From Gekko japonicus (taxonomy: Eukaryota), in the NCBI RefSeq assembly GCF_001447785.1, contig NW_015169792.1:529564-593563 (forward strand): a DNA stretch of 64,000 bases, written 5' to 3'. Below, one piece after another: positions 1 to 14,085 of this stretch. A model generated the notes under the pieces. It ran no database searches. It was not told the DNA's origin and saw nothing but the letters and a program-made list of their open reading frames with translations. Numbering within the stretch: position 1 is the first letter of the stretch; the number at the start of each line of letters is the position of its first letter. The translations under genes were made by a program, and so were the position numbers.

Positions 1-16
1 TTACCTTTACCTTTTA

Positions 17-752
17 CTAGAGTATTGTGTTCAGTTTGGGGCACCACAATTTAAGAAGGATATAGACAAGCTGGAACATATCCAGAGGAGGGCAATAAAG
101 ATGTTGGGGGTCTGGAGACCAAGTCCTATGAGGAAAGGTTGAAGGAGCTGGGTATGTTTAGCCTGGAGAGAAGAAGACTGAGAGTTGATATGATAACCAT
201 CTTCAAGTACTTGAAGGGCTGTCATCTAGAGAATGGTGTGGAGTTGTTTTCTGCTGCCCCAGAAGGTTGGACCAGAACCAACGGGTTGAAATTAAATCAG
301 AAGAGTTTTCAGCTAAACATTAGGAAGAGCTTCCTGACGGAGTGGTTCCTCAGTGGAACAAGGCTTCCTTGGGAGGTGGTGGGCTCTCAATTTTTGGAGG
401 TTTTCAAACAGAGGCTAGATGGCCATCTGACAGCAATGCTAATTCTGTGAACTTAGGCAGATCATGAGAGGGAGGGCAGGAAGGGATGCCTCAGTGCTTA
501 GTTCTTGTGGCCCTTTCTTACACACCCAGGGAAATGCTGATCACCACTTTGGGGTCAGGAAGCAATTTTTCTCCAGGCCAGTTTGCCCGGGGATCCTGGA
601 GGGTTGTGTTGTTGTTTTTTCTGTTATCTTCTGGGTGTGGAACAGCGGTCACTGTAGGTGTGGAGGGGGAGGTATTTGTGAATTTCCTGCCGTGCAGGGG
701 GTTGGACTAGATGACCATGGAGGTCCCTTCCAACTCTATTATTCTATTATTC
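17..752 (+). mobile_element. CR1 LINE 3' portion (ORF2 C-terminus, ~300-bp 3'UTR, ATTCT-type tail)
   Basis: ORF 139-450 ([34 protein letters not shown]) is the CR1 ORF2 C-terminus; ends in CTATTATTCTATTATTCT; the same 3'UTR recurs at 23.9k, 36.0k, 38.7k and 60.1k. Confidence 0.93.
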
Positions 753-813
753 TAACCTGAAGGAAAAAAACAGACAGGGAGGGTTTGCAAAAAAGTGGCA
801 GGAGAGGAAGGAG

Positions 814-1010
814 GAATGAACCTGAAGCTTCCTTTTACTGAGTCAGACCATTGGTCGATCAAGATCAATATGGTCTTCTCAGATTAGCAGCAGTTTTGCA
901 GGGTCTCATGTCAATGTCTTTCATGTCATCTGCTACCTTTTCAGCTGGAGAGGCCAGGGACCAGAGCTGGGGAAATGCAAGCAGATGCCATGCTGCCGAA
1001 CCGTGGCACC
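814..1010 (-). mobile_element. Squam2-like tRNA-derived SINE (degenerate)
   Basis: Reverse complement aligns with the copies at 45466 and 46947 (..GACCAATGGTCTGACTCAGTAAAAGGAAGCTTC tail). Confidence 0.7.
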
Positions 1011-2199
1011 CAAGCTTGCTGCTTCTCCTTCCCAAATGTCCCTTGTCTAGTACTGCTTTGATGCAAACATTGGAAAAGAAGTTGCCAGGCTGGACTCATG
1101 TGTGCACATGAGTTCATACATCCCACTGAGGGCACACAATCCTTTGAGTTCAGAGGGATATCTAGATTTCAGTCCAACCTGAGAGAAAGAAACTCTTCCA
1201 TTTGTTTTACTTAAGCAGAAGAAACAGATGATCACTGGAGTGTTAGGATGTGCAAAATCACTGCAAACAAGAAATGTACTATCATCCATAAACACTTTGA
1301 TTTTTAAAAAAAGCTTGGAGTTTGCTAACTTCTCAAGTTGCCATTTAAAAGAAATAAAAACAAAACTGAAAGGAAAGGAAACCAATTATTTTTGCAGAAT
1401 GGCTTAGCTATTAGTAGCTATAGAAACACGGTTACTAGGTAGTGAAGACAAGCTTGGCACAAAACAATATTACTTAGACTTGAGAACAAGAAAGAGAAAC
1501 AAGAGGCAGCGTTTAGGTACAGGACAGATAGGGAAAAGGGACCCTTGACTGTGAAGTCAGTGCTTGAGAAATGTTTGGACATATTATTACAAAGGACTAA
1601 AGGGGTGGCTGTTGTGTCCCTGTGTTCCAGACATCTATTACTACGACTGGTACTGAGGCCTGATCTTTCCTGTCCAGAATACTGTAGTTCAGATCCAGCA
1701 CACTGCAAGTGGGACAGAGGGGACAGCAGAACCCTTTGGGAAAACAATACAATCAAACTGACTACCTGTTTCTCAGGAAGGGGGAAACTGACTCTGGCAC
1801 CTGATTCCTCTCCCAAATAACCAGTGTTTAGAAGTGGCCAGCTCTATGGGCACTCTCAAATTACCACATATTTTGGATCCAAAGGGCAGTTTTAGTTGCC
1901 AAGCGAATCATTTTATAGCACCTGAAATCTCAAGTATCTCCCTCTATAGATCCCTGGGTCAATGATATGCTAGACCAAGGGTGTCAGACTCATTTGTTAT
2001 GGAGGGATGGATTTGACATAAATTGGATTTTGTCGGACCGGGCCATGTCCGTCATAAAATGTAATGCCAGATGTTAAAAACAAAGAAGTAGAATGTTTCA
2101 TGCTCCTAAAACCTCCTGTCTACATCCTGTGTAGAATTCCAGGTAGATCTTGAATAGATAATTCAATACGTGCCCCAGATAATTCAATACGTGCCCCAC

Positions 2200-2670
2200 A
2201 TGTGCCCCGGAGAGCCTTGCACTCTGCTGAGCAAGATCTGCTGGTTTGCCACAGCCGGAGGGACATTTAGCCTCAACCGGGACCAGTGCCTTATGTGCCC
2301 TGGCCCCAGCCTGGTGGAACATCCTCACACATGAGATCTGGGCCCTGTGGGACCTCTTATCATTCCACAGGGCCTCTAAAATGGAGCTCTTCTGCCAGGC
2401 CTTTGGTTGAGGCAGGAGGCATCCAGAAAAAGAAGAAAACATCTCCCCCCCACCTTGCTGTAGACACCATCTTTGTGCGGCCTGGATTAAATGAACTCTA
2501 GAGACCAGTAGCACCAGTATTGATGCAGTTTGTTTTTAAATGCTTGCTTTAACGTTTTAACTGATTATTTATTATTGTATTGTGTGGCTGAATGGTCCAA
2601 CTGTTGCTGTGATCCGCCCGTTTGCAGGGAGGGCAGAATATAAATTTGAAAAAATAATTAATTAATTAAT
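2200..2670 (+). mobile_element. L2 LINE 3' end
   Basis: Translates to ..ALAPAWWNIL..EIWALWDLLSF..KMELFCQAFG*, followed by an L2-type tail (TGATCCGCCC..GGGAGGGCAGAATATAAAT + A-rich end). Confidence 0.8.
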
Positions 2671-2809
2671 TATGTGGTGAGGGGAGCTGGTATCAAGTTG
2701 TATTTTTGACCTTCTGGGGAGACGGCAGGGGGCAGGGGGAAATGGCAGCCTTGAGTTACAAAAAAGCCTGAATCATCTTCTTCTGTCCCTCTCCCTTTCT
2801 TTTTTAAGC

Positions 2810-2900
2810 ATCCAGTATGATGAAGAGCTCTGCAGTACTCAAAAGGTCGTATACTGTTTTGTATCATTTGGATTGGTCTTAATAAAAGGTTGCTGTTGTT
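2810..2900 (+). mobile_element. Penelope-like element terminal remnant
   Basis: ATGATGAAGAGCTCTG..CTCAAAAG..TTGGTCTTAATAAAAGG resembles the degenerate hammerhead (CTGATGA..GAAA) plus AATAAA of reptile Penelope termini. Confidence 0.45.
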
Positions 2901-5900
2901 TGGATTTTGCTTTGGGCTGGTGCAGCTACCTGCAGCTTCTATATATATTTTAAAATGCCTCCAGTTCAGTGTAAAATGATAGGAAAAATATTAAGGACTA
3001 CTGTTTCTGTACTATAGGGATTGAGCTATATCATGATGATATGTGAGCTCTATTTTTATTAAATGTCCTGTTTGGGGGCAGTGGTTTCACTGAAATCAAG
3101 CCTGCTTCACTTCCCCCGATAAAAAGGTCCTGCCCCTTGTAAATCAGTTCTCTCCCTGTGCAGTTGTTAGTGTCAAAGCCTGTCAGCTCAGCAGGACATT
3201 AAAATTATATGGCTACAGTAGGATGCAAGTCTCCCTAATTCTCAGGTCATGTGTCCTGAAAAAAGTCCCTTCTAATGAAAATTCTGCCCCAGATTTTTCA
3301 TCTCAGATGCCTTCTGACCCAGAAGATATAATTTTCACTGCATCTCTTTTGATGGGGTTTAATTTCAGGAACTCTCTCATTGCTGGCAAGATGCCCGTTA
3401 AATGGTGGAAATATTAGAATTTTGCAGTATGGCCTCGCATGATATTGCAAATTGGTCTACTGGCTGCTGATTTCATAATGAACTGTGTGTTGTGACAACC
3501 TATATCTTATTACTGTTGGGAAGATAATAAGAATGGCTGATACATAAGTTGAACACTCTCCCCGATACATCTCTAGTTATCAATAAATACTTGAATACAC
3601 CTATTGATCCTGGATAGTCCACATCAAAAGATATGTCCAGCCGTTTCAATGGTGCCCAGCTGAGCATCATAATTAAAGATTATCATATTCCCTGAGCTTT
3701 GCCCTGATTTGATCCACAATCTTCCACCAGAGATTCTGAGAATCTTTCATTGAGGCCAGGTGATTGAAACTCAGAGAACCCCCCTCTTCTCTACCCTCTG
3801 TCTTGCATTCACAGAGCTTCAGATGTTAGGGGGGGGGAATAATCTCAATACCATGGTTTACTTATTTTGGAAAAAAGCACTACCATGGATTTCCTGAGGA
3901 TTTTTGGTGGTTTTTGATAGGCATTTCCACAATTGGAAAGGTGCAGTCAGGTCTTTAGCAAGAACCTCTGGTGTCCGTTTGGTGATTATCAAATGGGACA
4001 TGTTTTAAATATTACATTAACGGGTGCAAAACCCTGTTGAAAGCAGCCAGCTTTTTAAAATCAAACCTTAGTCTGAGATCAACTTAATTTTCATTGCATA
4101 TATTTACATATATGCAACAGCATTTTAGTATCCACAGCTTTTATTTCTGTCCAGCCATGATGGTTTGGGGGGGACCTACAATTACTGATAAGAAACAGCT
4201 GGAGAACCCTGGGTGGATGTTCCATGCTGAGAATGATCAATTGCATAATAAAGGGTTTTTGAAGTCAGTGGCTGTAGCAGAGCAGGAGATGGACATCAAC
4301 GTTTAGTGGCTTTTCCCCTCCCCAAAGTCTTGCATAGCTGAACTCTTCCATGTGCTAGAAGTACCTGCATGAAAAGGACTCTCTGTCAGAATAGTTTTCA
4401 CAGTGTGAAGAAATTTTTGCAGAATTTGCAAAGTTTATTGTAAAGTATCCACTCTTTTACAGATAGAGATATGTTTTCAGCATGCGATATTCTCTTGCTG
4501 AAGTTTTTGACTGTATTATGTATTATAATATTTGGCTGCATTTTGACTGCATTATAGCTGAAGATTTTGTATGTATTATGCAATGTTTGTTTGTGTGTGA
4601 ATTTCAAGTCATGGGGGATGTGCTTTTATGGTGGAGGCGAATGGACATTTTAGGGGGCAGAATTAAATAAACTATACTTTCTCACCAAATCTCATTACTG
4701 ATTTAAGAGCCTAAATGCATCATTCATAACTTTTGGCATGTAAAACTAATTGTCGTCGTTAGGCAATCTGAAAGTATAACTACCTTATAATGCCATCATG
4801 AGTAGAGTAACACCATTCTAAGCGGACTGACTTCAATGGACTTCAAAGGGTGTAACTTGGATTAGGATGCCACTGTTGATTCTGGTCAAAGCTGCATATA
4901 TACTTGAAAGAAAGAGGGAGAGAAAGTGTGTTGCAAACTACTGCACCCAGAGCTATAGAAGCGCATATATTTTAGTTTGTGCAGTATGAAAGCAGGAGAA
5001 AAATGGAAGTTTGTGAACAGAAACCCATACATTTTGTTGTAAACAAAAAACAATATTTGGGTTTAGAAACACTGTCATACTACACAGTTCTTAGGAAGGA
5101 TACTGAGTGAGTAAAACTTTGGCTTAAAAAGCATCCCGTTCATTCCAAAAGAAAAGATATTTCATAGTAATTTTTTCATATTCTCACAAAATTCCATTTT
5201 TCCCCAGTGGGGAAGCAAGAAGGGGAGGGGAGGGGAGGGGAGGGGATCAAGCTTTTTCATCTCTAGGTTAGATTCAGTGGAAAGGTCCTGTCCTAAGGCC
5301 AATTGAGCAGCTAAGTCCCTGGCTGGTGTAACTTGGAGGTAGGGGAGCATATCCGTAGATATACTGGGACAAATCCCGCACAGTAGTACTCAGTGGATGC
5401 CACTGCAGTTGAGCTGGCATAATAGGCTGGAGATAGACAACACTGGGTGGTTTGCCAGGGGAGGAACAGTCTTAGTGTACTATGACAGTGCCATAAGTGT
5501 AAGCACTCATAACAGGAGTAAAAAGCATAGTCCTCTTGCCTGCCTCTCATTATACCTACCTACACAGCATGGCTTCCGCATAGGGGTGGGAAATATTGCT
5601 CTTACTGTGGAAGCAGGAGCCAGCAAGGTGGAGGCACACAGGGATGGTATCTGCATGCTCTGTCCCCACACTGCTTGTGGCTTTCACCACCCCCAACCCT
5701 TGACCTTTGTCACATCAAAGCAAAAGTGCCAACATAATGAAGATCTTGCTAAGGACCAGCCGTTTCCCCTTCTCCCCCCCCCCACCGTACAAACTGATCC
5801 CTATTTCACAGCTCAGTTGCAGCTCAGCTGTTAAATTGAAAAGGCCCTTAAAAGGCCTGTAAGGGTAGGAGAAGAGCTGTGCTTAGCACTGCCATTTTGA

Positions 5901-6993
5901 AGGCAGAGCTTGGCTTTGGCCCCTCCCCAGATTGGCTGGGTGGCCACTGGCCAGTGTCCCCATGGACACATGCCCATAGCCACACCCTTTTGAGCCAGGA
6001 GGGAGGATGCACTGGTTGAAAGAGGAAAGCCCTGGAAGCAACACACTAATGCCTGGAGGGAGCACAACATCACATGGAAAAAAACTCAATGGAATTGGGG
6101 AGGGAAGGTAGACCAAAAGCTCCATGCTGAAGACACCTTAGAAATCCCAAGTAAGTCTGCAGTGCTCCTAGGGACTGTATTTGTCCCCATTGGCTGTCAT
6201 CTCTCCTTTTCCTTGATACCTGAACCAGCTTTTTTGCTTTTCTTCCTCTTGGCACTCTCTTGCCCTTTTGCCTATTTCCATTCCAACTTGCTTTGCATCC
6301 TGTTCAGTCATCTTTGCCTTTTCATGCCTGTCTGGTCTTAGTTTTCCTGGGACCAGTCCTGCCCAATGTTCTTTCTATGCTGTCTGTATCCTCCTTTTCT
6401 CTATGACTTTAGTACCTTTGGTAGGGTTATCATCTGGGTACTCAAATGTGGCTTGGCCTGAGTCTCAGTTTTTAATAGCAGCTGGATATATATGAATCTG
6501 CAAGGTGATGCTTTTGCTACATAGAGAGAAGCATTATTGTTTGTCCATATCTGCTGATAAAGGCAGAAGAGCAGGAGTGTCTGTTTTTAAAAAGGGTACT
6601 CCTAGGCACAGCTGGGGGCAGTGCTTGGGGTGGAGCTCTGGGAGGGGGTGGAGCTTTGAATTCTTTCTCTTTGGGGAGCCACCTTTGTGCCTATCAGGGA
6701 TGAGTTTGGCACAAGACAGAATAGGCGGTTGGCTTACAGGCCACCACCTTCAATAGCCTCTGGTTAACCGAGACATTAAAATTGGCCTGCATGAGCGCAC
6801 AACAAAGTTCAAGTTGGTGTTTTTCAGAATAACCAACCGTGCAAGTTGCATACATTAGAGGGGGGATATCTACGGAATTCATGGGCCATTATTCTTTGTA
6901 GTGTTTTTTCCACCTTTTAAGATTGTGGACAGAGCCAGCACAGAGAAATTACACGCACAAATGTTGGGAAAATGGAGTGTCTGAAATCAATTC

Positions 6994-7133
6994 NNNNNNN
7001 NNNNNNNNNNNNNNNNNNNNNNNNNNNNNNNNNNNNNNNNNNNNNNNNNNNNNNNNNNNNNNNNNNNNNNNNNNNNNNNNNNNNNNNNNNNNNNNNNNNN
7101 NNNNNNNNNNNNNNNNNNNNNNNNNNNNNNNNN
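6994..7133. other. Assembly gap (140 N)
   Basis: Run of N. Confidence 1.
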
Positions 7134-9132
7134 AGTTAATAATACTCCGGAGTAAGGTAATAAATGCAGAGGTGTAACTAACATCACCAACTGCTTTACT
7201 TACAAACATGCCATATGTATTCAGTTACTTGCAAAGGTAATAAAAAAATCGAGAAGTCACACATTCTTGGAATTCAAGCCTTCTGTAGCATCCTCCCTAA
7301 GCTAACTGGCATCGTACTCTGTTTCTAGTTCTCTCATTCTTCTCCGTTTCCTTGCTTTTCACGTTTTTGTGGACAAATATTTGATCTTGCAGTCTTTTAA
7401 ACTTAGTACGCCTTCTTATCTATAAAGAGAACTAATAAAGTTCACTCAGCCTCCATAATGTTCCCCTAATAACCCAACTCTTGGTTTCAGGAGGATGGCT
7501 TTTCCTGGATATGAAAAAGTAGTAGATTATGAATTAGTTGCAGGGCTCACCCAGGAGGTGAGCAGAGGTACCAAATTGCAGGACCCCAGGTTGCCATGGG
7601 AGCACAAGATAGACAACATGCAGCTGGGGCATAGCATCAGTGTACATGTTTTTATCAAGCATTTTGTGTATGTGTTCTTTTGACTCTACCGGGGGAGGGG
7701 GTTGAATGTTGTGGTAGATTATCAGAGACAATCTTTGTCTGGAAGCCCTTGATAGTTATTGGCACTCTGGTCAGTTGGAGACCCATCTCATTGTTCCTGG
7801 TTTAGTGATGATGACTATTTTGTTGTGCTGAGTGATGAGACAACTGCCTCTCAGTTTTTCTCTAGCATATTAGCTAATCATGTTTCTTTCATGGCATTTT
7901 GTGACAGGTGGTTACTAGCTACTGTATGTGTAACACCTGTTTGGGTGGGGTCTGAAGGATGTATGGTGGTAGATGTAGCCTATCAAGAAGTCTTGCAGCT
8001 TTTCTAGGTGGCTCTCGCATGCTCAACTGGTATGTTTTTTTTAAAAAGATAGTATGAAAATTCTCCAGGATGCTCTGTTCTTTAAAAAGCTGTTATTTAA
8101 ATTTTGCCTCCATAATACCCCCTGGAATGACCTGAATAGGAGACAACTAGTTGTGATTTGCCTTGTCTAATAGGGCTTTAGGACAGACTGCATCGCCTGC
8201 TTGTGAACGTACCAGTCATTCAGAGGTCAGCTCTTTGTCGTGTCTTAGTAGTTCTAATCACTGTGTTCGACCATTTGCGTAAAAATGGTTAGTGAGACCA
8301 AATAGCCGTTCACAAATGACTGGAAAATGTTGAATCTAACTGACTGTTGGTGGATATTATTGTCATCAAGGTGATGAGCTACAAAGGGTAATAAAGGGCT
8401 AAATTCTGACTCAAGAAGAAAGTAGGTTAAATAAGAGCCCAATATAATAATTGCATAGGCTAAGCTCACCCTTTGAAATAACAAGGTAGTCTGGATCCTT
8501 CCTGAATTCCACCCCTGCCCATGATATGCCACTGTTTTACTCTTTTGTTCAACAGTCAGTGCTCCTTCCAAGTCAGTACTCCTTCCATTCAGTGACAGGG
8601 TCAGAAGGAGAGGGGTTTAACCCTTCAGACATCCCTTTGCTTGCATCATAATTTGATTGCGTATCTCTAGCAGTACCCTTGAACAATAAAAAATAAAGCA
8701 CTGTTGTTTTTCCCCCATGAGTGTGCTAGATTGGATCACATATACTTTACACATGGACAATCCTGTACAGCCACTTTGGAACAGTGAGTTACTTGTGGGA
8801 GAAGGGACCCTGTCAGAATGAAACCATGTAGCTGCCGCTCTCTACTTAACTCAAGAGGGCCAAGGGGAAAATCCTAATAAAAGGGTTCCTTTCTTTCTTC
8901 TGTGGTGGTCACTTGGCTTCCCACTTTGCCTGACAACTGGGAGCAAAAATGGCCAGAGGAGGCTCTCTTTGCCCTTCTGTGGAGGTCCACACACTGCAGT
9001 CATTGCGTGTGGAGTGCCACAGCAGGGCAAACAAGTACACACACACACACATGCCCCAAGGCTGTTTGGCTCAGGAAAATGGCACAGAAGGGAAACCTCT
9101 TACCACACTTCATTCCTGATTTGTATTAGGCC

Positions 9133-9350
9133 TAGGCTTGCCGAGTCCTGGTTGGGAAATTTCTGGACATTTGGGAGTACAGCCTGGGAAGTGTGGAGTA
9201 TGGGGAGGTGAGGGATCCCAGCATGGTATAATACTATAGTGTTGACCCTCCATAGCAGCCATTTTCTTCAGAAGAACTGATCTGTGCAGTCTGGTGACCA
9301 GTGGTAAGTCCAGGAGATTTCCAGGCCCTACCTGAAGGTTGGTCACCCTA
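9133..9350. mobile_element. hAT MITE, TAGGGTTGCCA-terminus (MER53/Blackjack-like) family
   Basis: Termini TAGGCTTGCC / GGTCACCCTA; flanks ATTAGGCC / ACTGGGCC (degenerate 8-bp TSD). Confidence 0.75.
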
Positions 9351-9469
9351 ACTGGGCCCCAGCACATGACAGTTGTATTATCTAGTTTGGTCCTGAGACC
9401 CAGACCTGCTGGGGAAGGGGAAGGCTATGACACTTGACTCTTTTTTCCTCACTTGCCTCTGTGTGTGCG

Positions 9470-9688
9470 CAGGGCTGACAGCTCCAAGCTGGGAAATACC
9501 TGGAGATTTTGAGGGTGGAGTCTGAGGAGAGTGGGGTTTGGGGAGGGGAGCTGCTTCAATGGGGTATCATGCCTTAGAGTCCACCTTCCAAAGCAGCCAT
9601 TTTCTCCAGGTGAACTGCTCTCTGTTGCCTGGAGATAAGTTGTAATCCCAGGAGATCTCCAGCCATCTCATGGAGGTTGGCAACCCCA
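9470..9688. mobile_element. hAT MITE, same family
   Basis: CAGGGCTGACAG..GGTTGGCAACCCCA; shared body AGAGTCCACCTTCCAAAGCAGCCATTTTCTCCAGG. Confidence 0.75.
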
Positions 9689-10968
9689 TTTGTGGGGTTA
9701 TGGTGTTTATCAAGTATTCTAAATTGGATTGCAAGTACATTATACATGCACATTCTCACACCATCACTTGAGAACCGTGCTTCGTATGTGGGGAAAGGAA
9801 TTGCATTGCATAGGCAACTGCATGACACTCTACGAATGCCATATGTCCCAATGGCTTGTCCCATGATTCTGAGCATGCACCAAAGAGCATTTAATCACCT
9901 GCCTGCCTAGTGAGATGAGGAATGTCACATTTCTCAGACACAAAGCTGCACATATGCTTGCAGATAGCTAAGTTTATGTTGAGATCATAGCAGCAGTTTT
10001 TCTCAGTTTTAGAACATGTTTTTGTAAGAATCACAGTGCTGCTACTAAAAACTAACTCTTCACTGAGGAGTCTGCATCATGATTGAAAGCATGGGTTGTT
10101 CTAGGCATCCACACACACACACCCTCCTGCCTTCCCCTCTTCTGGAAATATGGAGATTAAAAGATGAGTGGAGCCGGATGGCTATTTTATATATCTCCGA
10201 ACTCCCATGAGCATATTTGTTTTCCACAGTGTCCATATGGGGGGGGGGGGAACCCTGCCGAGAATGCACACTCAAGGGAATGGGAAGAGAAATCACTGTG
10301 CTGGCTGCATGATTTAAATTAATGAAAGTAGCATTAATACCTCAAAAAGAGGTTACATTATTGCTTGGAATCTTCACTGGAGGAAAAGCTATAATTTACA
10401 TGTACAATATCCTTTCCCATTGCCTATTAATTACATCTACAGTGTCTCTGTTTACAAGCAATCTATTTGAAAACATATGCTCCAATAATTAAAATGTTAT
10501 TATGCTGACAGCGCCTTTCTTGGAGGAACTTGTAACATCTGTATTGACCGTGATAAGCATTGATTATCTCGAGTGATATAAATATTTGGGGAGCTAATAA
10601 CAATCAGGTAGGAATTCAGTTCATGCTATAGGCAGCAGAAATAAATTGCAGGAAGTCTACATCAAAGCCGCCTCCTGAATCAGTTTGTTTTTATACTTAA
10701 TGGCTCCCTATAAAGCATGCAGAGAGAAAACTCTTCTGAGATTTAAAGCATAAGGAAGTGCTTTAAAGAAACTTTCCATCCTGTTAGCATCTAGCATTTC
10801 TGTACATCTGGAGAATCTTACATATGTAGTAAAACTGGGAAATGCAGTGGCCACAAACAAACACACTGGACACCTATGCACACTAATAAGACATTAGTTA
10901 GAATGGAGATCAGAATGACTTTCCAAAAAGAAATATTGTATTTCTTCTACTTGGAGGGGGGTTCCATT

Positions 10969-11180
10969 TGTGTGTGTGCGCCCCTGTGCCTGGAAGTCAT
11001 GGCGACCTCTGGCAACTCCTACTGGGGCATGGAGGACATTCAGAGAAATAGCTTGATTGCCTGCCTCTGCCTCCCAACCCTGATATTATTTGGAGGTCTC
11101 CCATCCATATACTTGTCATGGTCGGCCCTGCTTCCAAGATCTGATGAGACTGGACTTGCCTGGGCCATCCAGTTCAGGGA
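10969..11180 (-). mobile_element. 5S rRNA-derived SINE with RTE-like tail (5S-Sauria-like)
   Basis: Reverse complement of the 53036-53245 copy: 5S internal segment (GATCTTGGAAGC..GGATGGGAGACC) plus GTCGCCATGACTTCCAGGCAC and a CA-rich tail. Confidence 0.75.
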
Positions 11181-11659
11181 TATTTCTTCTGCTGTTATTG
11201 TCATTGTTTACAAATTGTGTCCCAATGAACTCTAGGGTGTCTTCAGGGCTGTTAAGAGCCATCACAGGGCCCTAGGTCCTAAGACTCCTCATATCACATG
11301 TGGGGCCCCCTCACATTCAGAAGAACATGAACAAGAAGTTTGATTTAGAATAGTATGCCAATACCACCATCACCTTACACACAGGTGACATAAAGGGTCA
11401 GGACAGATAAACACAGAGCCCAATCACAAAACAAGTTCCATGTGGTTTCACTGGTACCAGCAGCAGCTGAGGTTTCACTGGCTGGAGGATGGATTTCAGT
11501 CATGAGGGAGCAAGAGTCACATGATGGCACAAATGCTCAGACTTGGCTATATTCCTGGTCAAATTGCTCCCTAAAGCAGCATATTTTAAGAATCATGGAA
11601 TGTTAGAGTTGGAAGGGACCTTGCAGGTCATCTACAACCCCTTCACTCTGCAGGAGTAT

Positions 11660-14085
11660 ATACCTGAAAGATGGTCGTCCAGCCTTCACTTGAAGATCTC
11701 CAGCAAAAGAGCATCCACCACCTCCCGAGGCAGACTGTTCCACTGCTCAATGACTCTTAGAGTTAGGAAGTTTCTCCTGATATTTAGCCGGTAATGACTC
11801 CCTTGTAATTTCCACCCATTAGATCTAGTCTTGCAATCCGGAGCAAGAGAGAATAGATCTGCTCCAACTTCTACATGACAGCCCTTCAAATACTTGAAGA
11901 CTGCAATCATGTCCCCTCTAAGCCTTCTCTTTCCCGGGCTAAGCATACCCAACTTTTTCAGCCTTTCCTCATAAGACTTGGATTCCAACCCCCTCACCAT
12001 CCTGGTTGCCCTCTTCTGGACACACTCAAGCTTGTCAACATCCTTCCTAAAATGTGGTGCCCAAAACTGGACACAGTACTCCAGGTGAGGCCTGACCATA
12101 GCAGAATAGAGCGGAACTACCACCTCCCTTGATCTGGACACAGTGCTTCTGTTAATGCATCCTAAGATTGCATTAGCTTTCTTCACAGCCACATCGCACT
12201 GCAGGCTCATGTTTAGCTTGTGATCAACCAGAACACCTAGATCCCTTTCACATGTGCTGCTGTCAAGCCAAGTCCCTCCCATTCTATATCTATGCCTTTG
12301 ATTTTTTGTACCTCAGTGTAGGACTTTGCATTTATCTCTATTGAAATTCATTTTATTTGTCTCAGCCCACTGTTCCAGCCTATCTAGATCATTTTGAATC
12401 CTGACTCTGTCTTCTTCAGAATTAGCAATCCCACATAACTTCGTGTCATCTGCAAATTTGATAAGCATCCCCTCTATGTCTTCCTCCAGGTCATTTATAA
12501 AAACATTGAACAACACCGGGCCTTNNNNNNNNNNNNNNNNNNNNNNNNNNNNNNNNNNNNNNNNNNNNNNNNNNNNNNNNNNNNNNNNNNNNNNNNNNNN
12601 NNNNNNNNNNNNNNNNNNNNNNNNNNNNNNNNNNNNNNNNNNNNNNNNNNNNNNNNNNNNNNNNNNNNNNNNNNNNNNNNNNNNNNNNNNNNNNNNNNNN
12701 NNNNNNNNNNNNNNNNNNNNNNNNNNNNNNNNNNNNNNNNNNNNNNNNNNNNNNNNNNNNNNNNNNNNNNNNNNNNNNNNNNNNNNNNNNNNNNNNNNNN
12801 NNNNNNNNNNNNNNNNNNNNNNNNNNNNNNNNNNNNNNNNNNNNNNNNNNNNNNNNNNNNNNNNNNNNNNNNNNNNNNNNNNNNNNTCACCTTACAGTTA
12901 AAGACCGATGCAAAGTGAGAGTTGAGTAATTCCGCTTTGTCTTCATCCCTTGTTAAGGCTTGACCGTCTTCCCCTAGCAATGAGCTTACTCCATCCCTTT
13001 TCTTTTTGCTCCGAACATAGGCATAGAAATTTTTCTTGTTGTTTTTAGCATCCCTCGCAAGCCTGAGCTCCATCAGTGCTTTAGCCTTTCTGACACCATC
13101 CCTACAGATTCAAGCCTGCTTCTTGTACTCATCCTCAGTAATCTGACCCTCCTTTTATTTCCTGTACATTTCTTTTTTTAGTCTCAGCTCTTCAGAGAGT
13201 TCCTTGTTCAGCCACTTCGGCTTCATTACCCATCTCCCACCTTCTTTCTTACCAGAACAGTTTGCGATTGTGCCTTAAGCACTTCATTTTTCAGCATCAC
13301 CCATCCTTCCTATGCAGATTTCCCCCTCAGCATTTCCAGCCATGGGATCCTATCTAATATTTCTCTGAGTTTTTTGAAATCAGCTTTCCTGAAGTCCAGG
13401 ATACGAGTCCTACTATGTCTTGGTTTCACATCCTTCTCTATGTCAAATTCCGAGCTCACATGGTCACTATTCCCCAAGGATCCCACAGTGTTCACTTCAT
13501 CAACCAGTTCTTCCCTGTTAGTCAGGATTAAATCTAGGATAGCAGATCCTCTGGTTCCCACCTCCACCTTCTGAGAGATGAAGTTGTCTGCAAGACTATT
13601 CAAGAATCTGCGGGATGCCCCATGTCTAGCAGAGTTATATTTTCAGCAAATATCTGGGTAGGCGAAATCTCCCAAAACCACTACTTCCTGTCTGTGAAAG
13701 TTTAGCAAGTTGTTGTACAAATGCATCATCCAGTTCCTCCGGTTGATTCAGAGGTTTGTAGTATACTTTCACAACAATATCTCCTTCTTTCCCCCCTCAC
13801 TCTATCCTTACCCACACACTTACAAAAGAGTGACTCACGAAAACCTGAATTTCAGTGCAAGTGTAATCATTCTTGACATATAGTGCCACCCTGCCTCCTT
13901 TTTTGTTTATTCTGTCCGTTTGAACAAGATATATTCTTCAATCGCTGTGCTCCATATATGAGACTCATCCCACCAAGTCTCAGTGATACCTATCAGATCA
14001 TGCTTACTTTCCAGTATTTGAAGTTCTTGTCATCCTGTTCATTTCCCATACTCTGTGCATTAGTATAAAGACATCTCAGTGTGCA
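11660..14085 (-). pseudogene. CR1 ORF2 (APE endonuclease + reverse transcriptase), frameshifted
   Basis: ORF-track fragments 13310-13603, 12495-13073, 12313-12516 and 11686-12282. Confidence 0.93.
12525..12886. other. Assembly gap (362 N) inside the CR1 RT domain
   Basis: Run of N. Confidence 1.

Noticed and set aside
1-16. (ACCTTT)n tail of a Sauria SINE at the window edge
   Set aside because: Only about two units are visible, too short to call.
7450-8240. Possible ancient LINE fragment (also 3550-3780)
   Set aside because: Composition is suggestive, but I could not recover any diagnostic motif.
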